From assembly GCF_001194135.2 (NCBI RefSeq), contig NC_068991.1:23982024-24045900 (forward strand): a stretch of DNA of 63,877 bases, written 5' to 3'. The first letter of the stretch is position 1. Every line of letters starts with the position of its first letter. Positions 62,626-63,877 of the stretch are shown one piece after another. Made by a program: the position numbers and the translations under genes. Origin of the DNA: Octopus bimaculoides (lineage: Eukaryota). Below the pieces are notes generated by a model. That model was not told where the DNA came from. It saw only the letters and a program-made list of their open reading frames with translations, and did not search any database.

Positions 62626-63622
62626 CACACACACACACACACACACACACANNNNNNNNNNNNNNNNNNNNNNNNNNNNNNNNNNNNNNNNNNNNNNNNN
62701 NNNNNNNNNNNNNNNNNNNNNNNNNNNNNNNNNNNNNNNNNNNNNNNNNNNNNNNNNNNNNNNNNNNNNNNNNNNNNNNNNNNNNNNNNNNNNNNNNNNA
62801 ATTTTTGAAAAATTATTGAAAAATTAAATTTTGGTAAATTTAAAAGAAAAGTCTTTTTAAAGACATATTTGTTGTATAGTATTCAAATAACAGGGGCATT
62901 TTTCTTGTTTCTGCCTGTCTCTGTTTCACTTATTAACTCTTGTGGGTTCGAAGAAGGAGTGCTATGATAGTAGCAGAGTGTTAATTGGTTGGGTGTCCAA
63001 ACATTGACCTGTTGATGGTCGTAGTGATCTGTATTGTTTATAATGTTTGCGTAGGTGTTATTCTAAACAGCAGTAGTAATAATAAAGTAAGGGAGGAGGT
63101 GGTGGAAAGGAAGAAGAAGATGACGGAGAAGATGAGGGATTGGGAGAGGAATACAAAAAATGGGACAAGAACGCAAAAGATCCATACAGTTAGATGATAC
63201 AAAAAAGGGACAACAAACATCCAGACAGACGATAAAAAACAAGGACGGGTCATTCGGAGCTTTCTTTCTTCAGTCGAGTTCCACATTATCTTTGCAATTT
63301 CGGCTGGTTATACTCGAGATTGTTCCAATCTGGCCAGCGCCAAGGAAAAACTTAGCTCAGAGCACTAGATTCCTTGGAAGAAAGCAGCGAATGTATACGA
63401 AAAGAAGACGGAAAAAACGGAGAAATGGTACACAAATACAAATAAAAGACATTAACAACCTATGTCTTTCGACTAAGGACGAATTAAATTAAGCTGGCGT
63501 GTGTGGAGGTGAAGCCTTACGGCAGGAACATAAGAGATGACAAGCATAGGGAGAAATATATGCACGGATGGTAGTCGAGCCAAGAAAGAAAGGTCAGGCT
63601 TGGCCGAACACCGGTCACGTGA

Positions 63623-63662
<40 letters not shown>

Positions 63663-63877
63663 GAGGCAGAGGAATAGAAGAATTAGGTAGGGACGAGTAA
63701 AAAAAGAAAAGGGAGAGAGTGAAGTGAAAGGGGAGGGAAGGTGAGAATGAAGAGAAAGCTAGGAAATGTGAGAGAGGGGGAACGAAAGAAAGAAGAGTGG
63801 AAAGAACAAAGTAAGTGTGAAGGGGCTGATAGAAAGAAGGAAAGAATGAAAGAATAACAGAGTCGTACAAAATTTAT

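Overview
This is AT-rich, gap-containing eukaryotic DNA made almost entirely of microsatellites and transposable-element relics. The tRNA-derived SINE families and repeat spectrum suggest an octopus (cephalopod) genome; that is inferred from pattern recognition, not from a database search. I could not confidently identify any host protein-coding exon, and most ORFs in the track are low-complexity, N-run or antisense-TE artefacts. Recognisable elements are: R4/Dong-type, CRE-type, RTE, CR1-type and L1/Tx1-type non-LTR retrotransposon relics; a Gypsy gag-protease fragment; three mariner relics; four hAT relics; Helitron pieces (STPR-like N-terminal repeats, Pif1 helicase C-terminus, CTAG ends); MITE/foldback elements; and many SINEs. 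The most interesting signal is a complete type I hammerhead ribozyme fold at 40695-40753. All core nucleotides are intact and stem III is palindromic. It sits inside a ~412-bp partial tandem repeat (40407-41005), a retrozyme- or Penelope-pLTR-like arrangement. A second, decayed hammerhead-like core lies in a direct-repeat-bounded ~308-bp unit at 48488-48829.
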